A DNA stretch of 61,553 nt, the filler included, from Squatina squatina (Eukaryota), in the NCBI GenBank assembly GCA_031763465.1. It is 4 parts of 4 records of this genome, joined end to end, with 100 filler letters (N's around TTAATTAATTAA, not from the genome) between each part and the next. Parts side by side here need not be neighbours in the genome. Positions count along the whole stretch, not along the records: positions 1 to 19,732 come from JARFOE010000234.1; 3 more parts are not named here. One strand, 5' to 3'. The first letter of the stretch is position 1, and the number at the start of each line of letters is the position of its first letter. Positions 1-12,329 of the stretch are shown one piece after another. The notes beneath the pieces were generated by a model. The model was not told the origin of the DNA. It did no database searches and saw nothing but the letters and a program-made list of their open reading frames with translations. A program made the translations under genes and the position numbers.

Positions 1-37
1 TTTTCTCACTAACTTTTGAATTTTTTATTTTTTTTAG

Positions 38-176
38 TTCTTTCGATGGGTTCAAAAGGAATCTAACTGCACCATGTAACGAAGATTGCGGGTGTACAAA
101 AAAGAACTTCAACCCAGTCTGTGGGTCTGATGGTATCACCTACCTGTCCCCATGTTTTGCAGGATGTACTGACAAG
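38..176 (+). CDS. SLCO3A1: SLCO3A/OATP3A-type organic anion transporter, internal exon (Kazal-like extracellular loop)
   Basis: Polypyrimidine tract with AG at 36-37 and donor aag|gtgagc at 177. Translates SFDGFKRNLTAPCNEDCGCTKKNFNPVCGSDGITYLSPCFAGCTDK, the OATP Kazal-like motif PVCGxDGxTYxSxCxAGC. The symbol indicates the subfamily; this may be a paralog. Confidence 0.9.
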
Positions 177-1799
177 GTGAGCATATTCTTCTTCCATACT
201 CTTTTATATTCTTATGTTTTAAACACGGAAAAGAAAGTTTCCTGCTAATAGGATCAGTTGAGCACAGTGTTAATTAAAGGCAGAACACACGTCAGTTAGG
301 ACGTTTCGGCCTGCACAGTATGGCACACAATCATTTTGATTTGCACCTTAAGACCGGGTGAGACCATGACTACCTTTGCGGATGTTATGCCAGGTCCCGA
401 CTGAGAGACAAGGGGCTAGGTCTTGACTTTACGCGGTAGTGTAAAATGGGTGATAGCAAATCAGCAGCTTGTTTTACATCTCTCCTAATTTTTGTTTCCA
501 TGGTATAGCATCTGCATAACAATGCCTCATCTTACCAGGCATTCCTCCCCTAAACAAGTGGAAATGGGGTCCCCTGGGGTTGTGAACCCGGGAGGCCAGT
601 GGAAGGGGGGGAATTGATACAGGTGGCCGCTGAGGCCATAATCCATTGTTCTTGGACGAGGAGGTGGGGTTAACCTGGCAATTCGGGGGCCAGTCATCCT
701 CCACCCACATTTCCATGGTCTGTGGTGAGGGGGTGGGTGCTGCAGATGCATGTCTGCACTGCCCAAAACACAGTCCTAGAGGGCCTGTGCGTGACCCTGT
801 GACCTTTGGTTGGAGTTCTGTGGTGGGCATGAACCCGACCAAACTCTCAAGGTCACATTTGGTGCCCAATTTTTAAAAGATTTGCTCCTAACACCAAAGT
901 TAATGGAGGCAACTAAGAGAAAGGAGAAGGCAAGATTTGAAATTGGAAAAGTGGTTAACATAGATTGTTGGACTAGTTTTTTTTTAATTTAAACTAAATT
1001 AGTAAAATAAAAATGACCCAGATAGAGAAGAAGGATTGGGCAGGGAGCCAGGTGAGTAGAGTTAAAAGGATTCAATTTTTAATTAAAATTGTATTTTACA
1101 TTATTATAGCTTAGGGTTAATATTATTGTAATGAAGCTACTTCTAACATTTTAAGTGCCTTTTTCTGTAATATTATTGCTGCTATCAGCGTTACACTGCT
1201 TGAGCTGAAAACTGTCTTGCCTTGCAACACAGTCCTTTACCTAGGCCTGATGGGAAAAAACAATTAATCTTCACAGGTCCACTAAGGTTGCAGTTCATGC
1301 NNNNNNNNNNNNNNNNNNNNNNNNNNNNNNNNNNNNNNNNNNNNNNNNNNNNNNNNNNNNNNNNNNNNNNNNNNNNNNNNNNNNNNNNNNNNNNNNNNNN
1401 CAGCATCTGAGGAGCTCATCCGTCTACCTCACCTACCTTATTTGGTGTCGGGGGAGATCCCACTGCAAGATGAGTGATACCCCCCATGTTAAAATAGTCA
1501 GAATGGCAACAAATCGAAGGGGTCAGGCAAAGGTCACTATCATTGTGAATTGGCTCTCTGCTCCAAAAGGGAGCCAATCCTGCACCTCCATCCCCACTTC
1601 ACCATTATTGATGGCTCCCATGGCCGAATAGTCCGATTTTTGCACTTTTCAAGTGGTCATCCAAAATCACTGAGACTCATAAAAATGGCTCTTCCAAGTC
1701 GCGCTCCCTGATTTAAACGTTTTTTATGCTCTCTAGACAGGGATTTATGCAGCACAAAAGGTTTGGAATGGTTCACAATGATTTTGCGCTCTAATAGAA

Positions 1800-2108
1800 A
1801 GGTCAGCACGGGTGTTAACGCCCCCAAAAAACAGGCGGCGTCACCGCCCGTTTAGCGCCCAAGGAATTGAGTGCAATTCTTTGTCAGGCAGCCATTTTGG
1901 GTGGTGCACCCTCTGATGATGTCACAGAGGCTGTTTAGCGCCCAGTGCCATGTTTCTAGCGCTCCTGAGTTAGTGCATGTTTCGCGCTGGTGCCAAACCG
2001 ATACCAATTTTGCAATTTTCAATTTAGCACCAGAAATGGGCGTTAGACCCCTAACGCCCATTCTGCACCCAATTAGTGCTAGCACTGGAGTGCCAATTGG
2101 CCACCCTT
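1800..2108. mobile_element. GC-rich non-autonomous DNA-transposon (MITE-like) fragment, family A copy 1
   Basis: Colinear with 34310-34597, e.g. gccattttgggtggtgcaccctctgatgatgtcacagaggct versus gccattttgggtgctgcaccctctgctgatgtcacggaggct, with similar right ends. Confidence 0.65.
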
Positions 2109-2469
2109 AGCCTTCTGTTATAAGGATCATGGCACAAGTACAGAACACTTGCATACAGCTAACAGTGCCACCTGTGCTTTATTCTTTCTAAGTATACATG
2201 GGTAACCTGCCATGGAGAGACTGTGCTTTTTTGTAGAAGAGTAGGGTTTTCAGTGAACTTTATAAATAGATTGTAATCATAATGCATTCAGTCATGCTTG
2301 CCAGTACCAGCTCATCTGGAACTTCTGTGTGACATTTGCTGAAAATTAAGTGTATACTGCATGGCTAATCACCCTAAGCTTTTTTACTTCATTGGTAGGC
2401 TTGGCCTCTTTTTAGTTTTGACAATATTTATTATTTAACATTCCCTTGTAACATGCTCTCCTTTCTTAG

Positions 2470-2645
2470 AATCTTACCAACTGTGCCTGTATCAACACTG
2501 AATTTGCCCAGAATGCGACAGCTGTGTCAGGACGATGTCCCAGAGCAAGTTGTGAACATGCTTTCCCAGCATTCTTTGCTGTTGTTTGTGTCGGAAGTCT
2601 GATAGGTGCAATGGCACAGACTCCATCAGTGATGATTCTGATCAG
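2470..2645 (+). CDS. SLCO3A1: SLCO3A-type transporter, internal exon
   Basis: cttag| acceptor and ag|gtgggt donor. Translates NLTNCACINTEFAQNATAVSGRCPRASCEHAFPAFFAVVCVGSLIGAMAQTPSVMILIR, close to recalled human SLCO3A1 SLIGAMAQTPSVIILIR. Phase-compatible with both flanking exons. Confidence 0.92.
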
Positions 2646-3627
2646 GTGGGTGAGTTTGTTTCATGGCGGTCTAATGTCTTGTGTACTGTAATATTGCTTT
2701 AAGAATGTTCTAGGATTGTTGCATCCAATTTAGCTAAGATATAGGTAAGCAACACACTTTGACTTAATACATAACTTGAGGAAGCAAGTTAAGGCCAATA
2801 ATATAGGGTGCTCCAAATGGCAATGAGTGAAAGATCCAACCTCTACAACTTGCAGCTTCTGTGCAGTTGCATTATTAACATGTGTTTTAAGAGTCTTGAA
2901 TACGCACAAACATTATGCAGTGAAAGGCAAATCTATAGATAAAATTTATCTCAACAGGAACTCACTCTAGTCTTGGTTCATTTATTTCGAGTTGCATTTT
3001 TCAAGTAATCATCATTTACCAAAGCTATCCTGTCAAGCTCTCTAATCAACTTGGGCCTTGGAATGAACTGGTTAATGCAGCTACTAAATTATCAGAAAGA
3101 TGAATTTTGGATGAACACATTAAGGGTTTGTACACTAATATCCTACAGTGTTATTTCAAGAAGCAACTTGTGGAGAAATTACAACTTCTAAATAACAGAA
3201 TCAATCTGCGCAGTTATATTTCTGCTGCTGACGATGCTACGCAATCTTGTGTGCAGTGTAAACTATGCATTTTCCACAGCGCGGGGTAGAAGAAGCTTCT
3301 CCTGCAATTTAACAGGGCAACGTGGTCTCTCTGTTCTTTTCCCGAGCAGAAAACTGAAATTGTCTGTAAGTTACTTGTTTCTTTTGGTTGTTATTTGCTT
3401 GAAATGGATGCTGCCAGCAATATGCTGGCAGCTCTCTGAAAGGACATAATGCACAAAGATAAATAGTTAGGTAAGGGTCTGAGAGTCTTGCAGTACAACA
3501 GGCTTCAGATTGCTACCATGTGAGTGCAGATTTTACACGAAGACAAGGTTAGCACTAGGAGGCAGTCTGTTGTCTGGACTGTGATGTCTAGTAGATGCTA
3601 ATTGGCTTTCTTTCCTTCCCCCCACAG

Positions 3628-3692
3628 GTCTGTGAATCCTGAATACAAATCATATGCCCTTGGTGTCCAGTTTCTCATGCTCAGATTACTCG
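3628..3692 (+). CDS. SLCO3A1: SLCO3A-type transporter, 65-nt penultimate exon
   Basis: cccacag| acceptor and g|gtgggt donor. Translates SVNPEYKSYALGVQFLMLRLLG (recalled human TVSPELKSYALGVLFLLLRLLG). Confidence 0.92.
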
Positions 3693-4371
3693 GTGGGTGT
3701 TGCCATTCATTTATTTAATATGAGATAGTGTTCGAGTTTAGTTTGCTCCTACTCACACGGAGATTCTCAGAATTTGGCAGAATGTTCCTTGTGATTGCTG
3801 AAAACTTAACAAACATTTATGTTTGCAGTTTGCTACTGTTGTCAAAGTGACTCTCCTTTTGCCAGGGGCAGTATGCACACCAAGATAGGTTGTTCCAATG
3901 GCAAACCAATAANNNNNNNNNNNNNNNNNNNNNNNNNNNNNNNNNNNNNNNNNNNNNNNNNNNNNNNNNNNNNNNNNNNNNNNNNNNNNNNNNNNNNNNN
4001 NNNNNNNNNNNNCACTCCGTGCCAAAGATCCTTAGACCAATGCAAATATCCTGTGCTCTCAGTGTTTCTGACCTGCACCTCTTCAAGCTAAACTTCCTGC
4101 TAGGACTGCAGATTTGCTGATGTACCCTTATATTATTCCACGCAGATAAAATATTTCCTCTGAACTGTCAGCCAGTTCACCCATCACTTAATTATATCAT
4201 TAAAAAAGTTCAAAAGAAATAAACAAAGTGATAGCAAAGCTACTGGTAAGTAATCTTTAAAAAGTTTACCAATCATATTATGCACTTCCTATTTCTTATA
4301 TTTTCACTGAAACTTTGATTAGTAACTGGGTACATTTTATTTATTCTGTGAATCTTTCTACTCTTTTTTAG

Positions 4372-4780
4372 GTTTNNNNNNNNNNGGAATAAGGAAATGG
4401 CAGAGAAACTAAACAAATTCTTTGGGGCTGCAATTGACTCTACTTGTCTCATCTGGTCAGAAACCTGCAGTAAAAGTGGAGCGTGTGCTTTATATGATAA
4501 CGATTCATACAGATATCTCTATGTCAGCATTGCCATAGGCTTGAAGACTATTGCCTTTATCTTGTATACTACTACATGGCATTACATAAAGAGTCATTCC
4601 AAGAAGTATATTCAGGGAGACGAGGACTCGGTTGGTCGAATGACCACTTCAGATCTCTTTGCATCCACGTTAACATTAGATGCGGCTGCAGCAGATTCAA
4701 ACAAATCAGCTGGAAGGACAACATTTATCTACCATTTGGGAGAGAATGAAATGTGTGAAAACATTGAGTCTGTGCTTTAA
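4372..4780 (+). CDS. SLCO3A1: SLCO3A-type transporter, terminal coding exon (5' part disturbed by a gap and a short CR1-like segment)
   Basis: Acceptor ctcttttttag| at 4370-4371. From 4421 it reads FGAAIDSTCLIWSETCSKSGACALYDNDSYRYLYVSIAIGLKTIAFILYTTTW...EMCENIESVL-stop. YRYLYVSIAI, FILYTTTW, FASTLTLD and the C-terminal CENxESVL match SLCO3A1. Confidence 0.9.
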
Positions 4781-6924
4781 CATTTGTACGAAGTGACTGC
4801 ATCATTTCAAAGACATACTTTTGTAGGAAAAACATTTTTAAACATCTATTTTAATGTTTTTAAGCATCACAAGGATCCATTGAAAGGCACTGACCTTACA
4901 AAAGATTTTTATTATTCTCTTTATAGTTTAACTTACAGCAATAGTTAAGGTTTTTTGTGATCCTGTATGGTTCACAACACAGGTCAACNNNAGATCTGTA
5001 TAGAGCTAGTGCCGAGAACTGACAGATCCAGGTTAGAATAAGCAGTAAGCCCAAGTGGTCAGTTTTAAAAAAAAATCCTATTTAAATAGCTTTTGTGCTT
5101 TTTTTTAAGCACCTTATTTTGCATTTTCTGTGGCGGTTTAACATATGCTACGTATTATTTGGCATAAAATGCTATCCTGTATCATGTAAAGTTTGTGAAA
5201 GTGATTTGTTTCAAAGATGAGTACAAGATTTGGTTCTAGCCTTGGGTTTATCCTGTTTAACCCAGTGCTTCAAAACATGGACTTCAGAATGTCACTTGAC
5301 CCACAGAACCCATATTAGCAAATAATATCCAGCTTCAGATTATGTATTTTCTTCTGCTCTCCAAAGTTTATCCAATATCTTAACTGATTTAGTATTACAT
5401 CCATCTTGTATATCCACAACACTGGCATTTTATACTGCCTGTAATGCGACTTTCAGGTTATTTTAAAGCAGATGATCTCTATTGTTCAAATCATTTGAGT
5501 TCATTTAAAAATAGGGACTGTGCTTGTTCTTATCACATCCAGTACTGTCAAAAACGTTAGTGCTGCTAAGAAGCTAGAGTCATGATGCCAAATGGTGCCT
5601 CAGGTCATAAACGAAGTACATGAAAGAAAACAGGACACACAAATTATTTATTGTAAATGCGAACTATTGTTTATTTTCTTACTTGAAAGTTAGAAAACAA
5701 CTAGAGTAAACAGACTAGGATGATGCCAACTGCATGAATATGATCATCTTGGCTTCCTTTAAATTTAATGGCAGGTTTGTGGTGTGGCTAACACTCATTG
5801 GATACCATTGGCATTTAAACCAACCTTGGTTGTTTCAGGCACTTCCTTCTATTACTGAACCCTGCCTTTAAAGCACAATAAATTTGCTTAGCAACAACTT
5901 ACGGTTGTTAACTCACATCACAGTTACAGCAGATGATGTCATTTTATCAGTTGTGTTGCTTATCAATTGAAAAAGCAAAGACAGCTTTGACAAGGGCATT
6001 TCTATCACAAATGGGTCATGCTTGCACAGCTACATAAGATGTGGCAGCAGCTAATTTTTCCTTCTCCTGTAGATTTCGTATTCACCCCAGTTTGTTGAGT
6101 GCACCCCCACATTTGTCCAGTTTCAGGTGCTACTTTGCTAACTGTAAAATGAGATGCACAGTTTGTACCTACTATGAAACTATAACTTGGTTCAGTGCCC
6201 CTAGTTAATTTTGCAATGGTTGTGGAAATGACAAAGCCACACGTATATTATTCATGCCATTCTTTACCTTGGTAATAAATTGTAAATTTTAATATTCCAT
6301 TTTTTTCTACAGCAGGAACGTTAAGGATACTAGTGTATGTTCTATTGAAACCAATATGTTTGTATTATTTATATCAAGCTTTTTATCATAGAACTTTAAA
6401 AGAGCAATTGCATTAGACTTTTGTAAAGCTGACAACTGATTCCAGTGTTGTTTCAATTGCAGAATATGTATTTTGTAGTCTGAAGTAGTATTGCAGAGCA
6501 GGAAATATATTGAGTGTGTTGTAAGTGTTAATGACAATAAACCCATCCAAATGTAAATTTATTATCAAATGATAAACTTATATTTAATACACACAACTTA
6601 ATTATCATACATGCAGTCATTATTTGTGGAATGACTTGTTTGTAGTTAACAAAGCACAATATATAAAGCTGCTGTAAAATACAATATAAACCATATTATG
6701 ATTTGTAGATGTTAAGGCATTTTGGAAACCAATGCACCGACAGGTGATTCCCGGGCCAGCTCATGGCCAGACACCTGGTCGGCAGGTAAGTTTAATTGGA
6801 AAAAGTCATGAAGTTATCTTGGGCNNNNNNNNNNNNNNNNNNNNNNNNNNNNNNNNNNNNNNNNNNNNNNNNNNNNNNNNNNNNNNNNNNNNNNNNNNNN
6901 NNNNNNNNNNNNNNNNNNNNNNNN

Positions 6925-7125
6925 TCATTGGTAAAGCTTCAGCTGGAGTATTGTATTCAATTCTGTATATCACACTTTAGGAAGGATCTCAAGGCTTTGG
7001 AGAAGATGCAGAGAATCGTACCAGGGATGAGAACCTTCAGTTATGTGGAGAGAATGGTGAAGCTGGGGTTGTCATCCTTAGAGCAAACAAGGTTTAGGGG
7101 AGATTGAATAGAGGTGTTCCAAATC
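6925..7125 (+). mobile_element. CR1 LINE 3' ORF2 fragment
   Basis: Translates SLVKLQLEYCIQFCISHFRKDLKALEKMQR...SYVERMVKLGLSSLEQTRFRGD, the typical CR1 ORF2 C-terminus. Confidence 0.85.
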
Positions 7126-9255
7126 CAAATTTTGTTACAGTTTCCTTTTGGTGGTGGTTGCTGTTAATGCTCAGCGGCCGCTGAACTATCCCGAGCAGAG
7201 CAGACCCTGCTCCTGCTCCACTCTGCGATGTCCAATTTGGAAGTGTGGGCCTAAAACAGATGTTAAGCTCCTCATTTATATATGTAAGGAGCCTAACGTC
7301 TGCTTTTGGGGGCCGGGATTCTAAAATACCCTCTTAGAGTTCTCGCACTCTCCTTTTATAGTTTAAAACTGATGCAGAAGATTTATTCAATGTATCATCT
7401 TATATGTTATGCAGTCAGTTCAATAGCATATTTAAGTGTTAATGGAAAGGCACTTTTCCCAAGTGTCAACATCTGTGCTGAAGCAGCAAAAATGCCTATT
7501 GTCATAATTCAACTAATTCTATTATCCATTGATTTTCCCTTTCCTTTTTCCTTCATATATGTGTGCAAATCAAAGAGGTCCCTTTTGCAGTCAGCAGAAC
7601 AATTTCCCAGCACAGACTAAATAACATTTCGAACTAATTATGTCTCAAGTTGATATCTGATGCCATCTTTGTGTAAACGCAAAAGTAATTAAGAAGGTAC
7701 GCTGTCCTATCCCCAATCAGATTCACTCAACTGCAGCATTGCTTATTTTGTATCACTATAAATTAGAACTCATGGATAAAAACAAAATGCTTAGCTAGAC
7801 CTTTTATCTAAGTGGGTTATTAATCATGATGCACAACCAGTTACATGATGTGCAATTCAAAAGGAAAGTGGTACAAAGGAATCCAGTTCAACTGGGTAGT
7901 GTTACTCAGACACTCTTGTCTAACAAATGTCTGCAGCGAGCAAGGTAATACATNNNNNNNNNNNNNNNNNNNNNNNNNNNNNNNNNNNNNNNNNNNNNNN
8001 NNNNNNNNNNNNNNNNNNNNNNNNNNNNNNNNNNNNNNNNNNNNNNNNNNNNNAGATAAACACAATATTGAATCCGTTGGACCAAATGAAAAGTGATATG
8101 ATAATTATTGAGCAATGGATGCTGGACAGAAAATGAATCTTGGCTCTTGTGTTCATAAATTTTATATAAAAGAGGATTAAAAATGGCATTGCACTAATAA
8201 CATAATGTTGAAAGCAATACATTACAACATTTGGAATTAGACAAAAATCTAATTTTCTTTTCATTTAGAATATGAGAATTTGTCAAAGTCTGTCACATGG
8301 CTTAATATAATTCCGCTCTGGCAGGAGTGAATATTAGCCAATATCTGTTAAAAAAGATCATTAGACAAATCATTTATTTCCTTGTCAAGCATTTTTATTT
8401 TAAGGTAGTAAAAGCACTGCATTAATAAAGGAAGTGGAGACATCCAGGTCTTGCTGAGGTGCAGCATTGTTTTTTTTCTGTTGGATTATTTGGAAGGGGT
8501 GAGGCAGGGGCCGCTTTGGAATATTTGCCCTTTTTACTTTTAGTCCCCTCTCTGTATTTAAAATTTTGATTTGTAAATTTAGATGTGATGTCAGACTAGC
8601 CTTTGATGTTTTGGCTCTAATTTTTCAACAATTTTATTTGATTGAAATTTATGTTTCAAAAAAATCATAGTTGAAATTCTTTCAATGCGTGAGGCCAAAT
8701 GGAATGTAGAAAATCCATGAATTGGGGCTCTCTGTTTCAATTTCCAGTATCTGACTCCAATGCTGGCGAGGATTGAATTCAGTCTAGAAATAAATCTTTG
8801 TCCTTCTGAATTTCCTAGTTCAGTTATATCCTGAATTTATACCTGACAAATACAGGAATGTTTGTCTGACATTTTATTCGTAAAACACAATCTGTGTTTG
8901 TACCTTGTTTACTCCCTGATGTTCGCAGCCATTCACTGTTTCATCTTCTGATTCAGGTCAGCAAGATATGGCGCCACACTCACTGCACTTTGGGAATTGA
9001 CGCCTGTGACTTGCTGTGGCTCACAAACAACATGCCAAAGTTCGCTGTCGAATAATCCATTCATCCCGATCCTGTTTTGCTGAGAGTTTTCCTAGTTCTG
9101 AGAGAGGACAAAAAATCAAGAGGGAGATGCACAGGAGTATGGAAAAACTCAATTAGAAATCAAATATAAGATCTGAGGGTGAAGTTGAGGTTCAGAAGGT
9201 GGTGTTGGCTAGGGGAGTGCTATGTTGCCACTATTTCTGCAGAAATAAAACTAAA

Positions 9256-9441
9256 GCTTGCATTTATATAGCGCCTTTCACAACCACAGGACGTCTCAAA
9301 GCACTTTACAGCCAATGAAGCACTTTTGAAGTGTAGTCACTGTTGTAATGTAGGAAACGCAGCAGTCAGCAAGCTCCCACAAACAACAGTGTTTCAATGA
9401 CCAGATAATTTTTTAAAAATGCTGATTGAGGGATAAATATT
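9256..9441 (-). mobile_element. Deu-type (SacSINE1/AmnSINE-like) SINE, 3' half
   Basis: ttgcatttatatagcgcctttcac...cactttacagccaatgaagcacttttgaagtgtagtcactgttgtaatgtaggaaacgcagcag is the reverse complement of the familiar DeuSINE body and LINE-derived tail. Related degenerate copies lie at ~25700-26130 and ~46410-46580. Confidence 0.75.
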
Positions 9442-10789
9442 NNNNNNNNNNNNNNNNNNNNNNNNNNNNNNNNNNNNNNNNNNNNNNNNNNNNNNNNNNN
9501 NNNNNNNNNNNNNNNNNNNNNNNNNNNNNNNNNNNNNNNNNNNNNNNNNNNNNNNNNNNNNNNNNNNNNNNNNNNNNNNNNNNNNNNNNNNNNNNNNNNN
9601 NNNNNNNNNNNNNNNNNNNNNNNNNNNNNNNNNNNNNNNNNNNNNNNNNNNNNNNNNNNNNNNNNNNNNNNNNNNNNNNNNNNNNNNNNNNNNNNNNNNN
9701 NNNNNNNNNNNNNNNNNNNNNNNNNNNNNNNNNNNNNNNNNNNNNNNNNNNNNNNNNNNNNNNNNNNNNNNNNNNNNNNNNNNNNNNNNNNNNNNNNNNN
9801 NNNNNNNNNNNNNNNNNNNNNNNNNNNNNNNNNNNNNNNNNNNNNNNNNNNNNNNNNNNNGTAAAGTGACGAATTGGGGGCTTCACTGAAAATTTTCAGA
9901 GTCCCATTTCCAGCGCAAAATTTGGCACTTAGCGCTAGAAACTTTAAAAACCCGAATTGGCCGCCCACAAAATCTTCATTTTGTGGCAGTCAGAGGTGCC
10001 ACCACTACTTGAAGGAGGAAGTGGACTGGATGGATTACTGCTCACATGCCTACACAGATGTTAGATTAGTAAACCTGCATGTTCTGTTATTCCATGCAGT
10101 GACCTCTGAAGATTCTCAAAGTATTGCATGAAGAACTTCTGCTGGTTAATCAGTGCATTTCAATGCAGTTCCTGTAAGATATGAAGCCTCCTTTCTTCTT
10201 TTTGCTGCTTGTCTTCTGTCATCACCACTTGTTGCTCCCCACTGGTGCTCAATGCATCACCAGGTGTTCCCTTCAGATTCTCCCTGCCTGATTCCCCTGA
10301 AGTGGATATTTTCTGCGTTGGTGCTCGCAGGGTTTGAATACTTGATGGGATCCAATGCGATGGCTGCTTCCTGCTTCTCCCTGGTGCCAGCACCAACATC
10401 TTAGGAAATCTCTACACAGAGAAAAAGAACATCTGTTAGCTTGGCAAGCAGCCAGTGGCTGTGCACAAAGTAGCAAGGCCTTGCTGTAGGGGACTGCCAG
10501 TTAAGTCATAGATTGAGTGTAAAGGGCTAGCTTGCATAAAGCCACCAAGTTCTCCCCTTAACCATTCCCCAATTATTTGGAGAGCCTGTTTCTCATGCAA
10601 GGTAGAGTTTGGGTGGTCCACAAGCAGTGGCGTGTCTCTCCCAAAGGTTGCGGGCTGGTGGACTCCGCCTCCGAACTCATTGTTTCNNNNNNNNNNNNNN
10701 NNNNNNNNNNNNNNNNNNNNNNNNNNNNNNNNNNNNNNNNNNNNNNNNNNNNNNNNNNNNNNNNNNNNNNNNNNNNNNNNNNNNNNAAC

Positions 10790-11214
10790 ATTAAAATTTA
10801 ATAAAAAGGAGCGAAATAATTTTAGTTTTTGAAATTTAAAAAAAAATCTTTAAAATGTTTAAAAACATACTTACCTTAAAGGGAATGGTTTTAAAGTAAT
10901 GTACCATTAATTGTTTAGACTTCAACATTTTTTAAAACTCTTACGCTGGTAAAACCAAGCATATACGCTTGGTTTTACCATGCGTAAGAAAGCTTAAGAG
11001 ATTTCCAGGGAAAGCGTGGAGAAAATCTCGTAAAGCTTCATTCTGGAAAACTCTTGCCTAGCCTAAGCATTGGATCTGTCAAGCTGAATCTTGACAGATC
11101 ACAAGTGCCGGATCTGTGAGCATGTGCAGAGGAGCCCCAGATTCTGCACTTGCAAGGTCCTCCCAGGTGTGTGGGAACATTGTACCCACCCAGGGTGACC
11201 GCAATTTCAGGACC
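10790..11214. mobile_element. Hairpin-rich non-autonomous DNA-transposon fragment, family B copy 1
   Basis: Reverse-complement match to 49685-50048. Contains perfect 14-bp and 11-bp stems and ends ...gcaatttcaggacc. Confidence 0.75.
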
Positions 11215-11217
11215 ATT

Positions 11218-12207
11218 AGATTAAATAAACATAGTGAGCGAGGAAGTATTCAGGGGTTTAGCATCTTTGAAAGTGGATAAATCCCCAGGCCCAGATGAAA
11301 TCTATCCCGGGCTGTTTCGAGAAGCAAGGGAGGAAATAGCAGAGGCTCTGACCATCATTTCCCAATCCTCTGTGGCTACAGGTATGGTGCCAGAGAACTG
11401 GAGGAGAGTTAACATTGTACCATTGTTTAAAAAGCGAGAAAGGTATAGACTGAGTAATTACAGGCAAGGGAATGCACAATAAATAGTAGGATAATGAGAA
11501 GTGTAGAGGTACAAAGGGGCCTTGGAGTGCATGTCCACAGATCCCTGAAGGTAGCAGGAGAGTTAGATAAAGTGGTTAAGAAGGCATACGGGATATTTGC
11601 TTTATTTAGCCAAGGCATAGAATATAAGAGCAGGGAGGCTATGTTTGAACTGTATAAAACACTAGTTAGGCCACTAGCTAGAGTACTGCGTACAGTTCTG
11701 GTCACCACATTACAGGAAATATATGACCGCATTAGAGAGGGTACAGAGGAGTTTTACCAGGATGTTGCCTGGACTGGAGAATTTTAACTATGAGGAAAGA
11801 TTGGATAAGCTGGAGTTGTTTTCTTTGGAACAGAGGAGACTGAGGGGAAACCTAATTGAGGTGTATAAATTTATGAGGAGTCTAGATGGAGTGGATAGGA
11901 AGGATCAATCCCCTTGGCCGAGGGTTCAATAACCAGGGGGCATTGAGTTGGGGTAAGAGTTAGGAGGTTTAGAGGGGATTCCAGGGGAAATTCTTTTCAG
12001 AGAGGGTGGTGGGGATCTGGAACTCACTGCCTGAAAGGGTTGTGGAGCAGAAACCCTCATAGTATTTAAAAGTACTTGGATGTGCTCTTGAAAATGCCAT
12101 AGTTAGGGACCAAGAGCCGGAAAGTGGGATGAGGCTGGATAGCTCTTTGCCTGAGCCGACACGATGGGCCGAATGGCCTTCTTCTGTGCTGTAAATTTCT
12201 ATGATTC
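11218..12207 (+). mobile_element. CR1 LINE, 5'-truncated, with an internal deletion of the RT core
   Basis: Shows LKVDKSPGPDEIYP...WRRVNIVPLFKK...NYR, then QRGLGVHVHRSLKV..., then LERVQRSFTRMLPGL...LEQRRLRGNLIEVYK. The 3'UTR ends ggccgaatggccttcttctgtgctgtaaatttctatgattc (CR1 tail). Frameshifted. Confidence 0.93.
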
Positions 12208-12329
12208 CTCTTCTGGATGTTACTTTCAACTCTTGTGTTAACCTATTCCATTTTACACAGATTAGAAACTCCCCTCGTTTTACAAGTACCGCAGCCCTAT
12301 CTTTCGTTTTTTTTAGCAGACGCCCACTA

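Noticed and set aside
474-869. 131-aa minus-strand ORF in an SLCO intron
   Set aside because: It lies in GC-rich repeat-like sequence starting near 412 and has no recognisable protein motif.
38-4780. SLCO4C1, as expected from human synteny with ST8SIA4
   Set aside because: GAMAQTPSV, YRYLYVSIAI, FILYTTTW and the CENxESVL terminus are SLCO3A features.
9366-9968. ORFs spanning N runs (this one and many others in the track)
   Set aside because: They are open only because N codons contain no stops.
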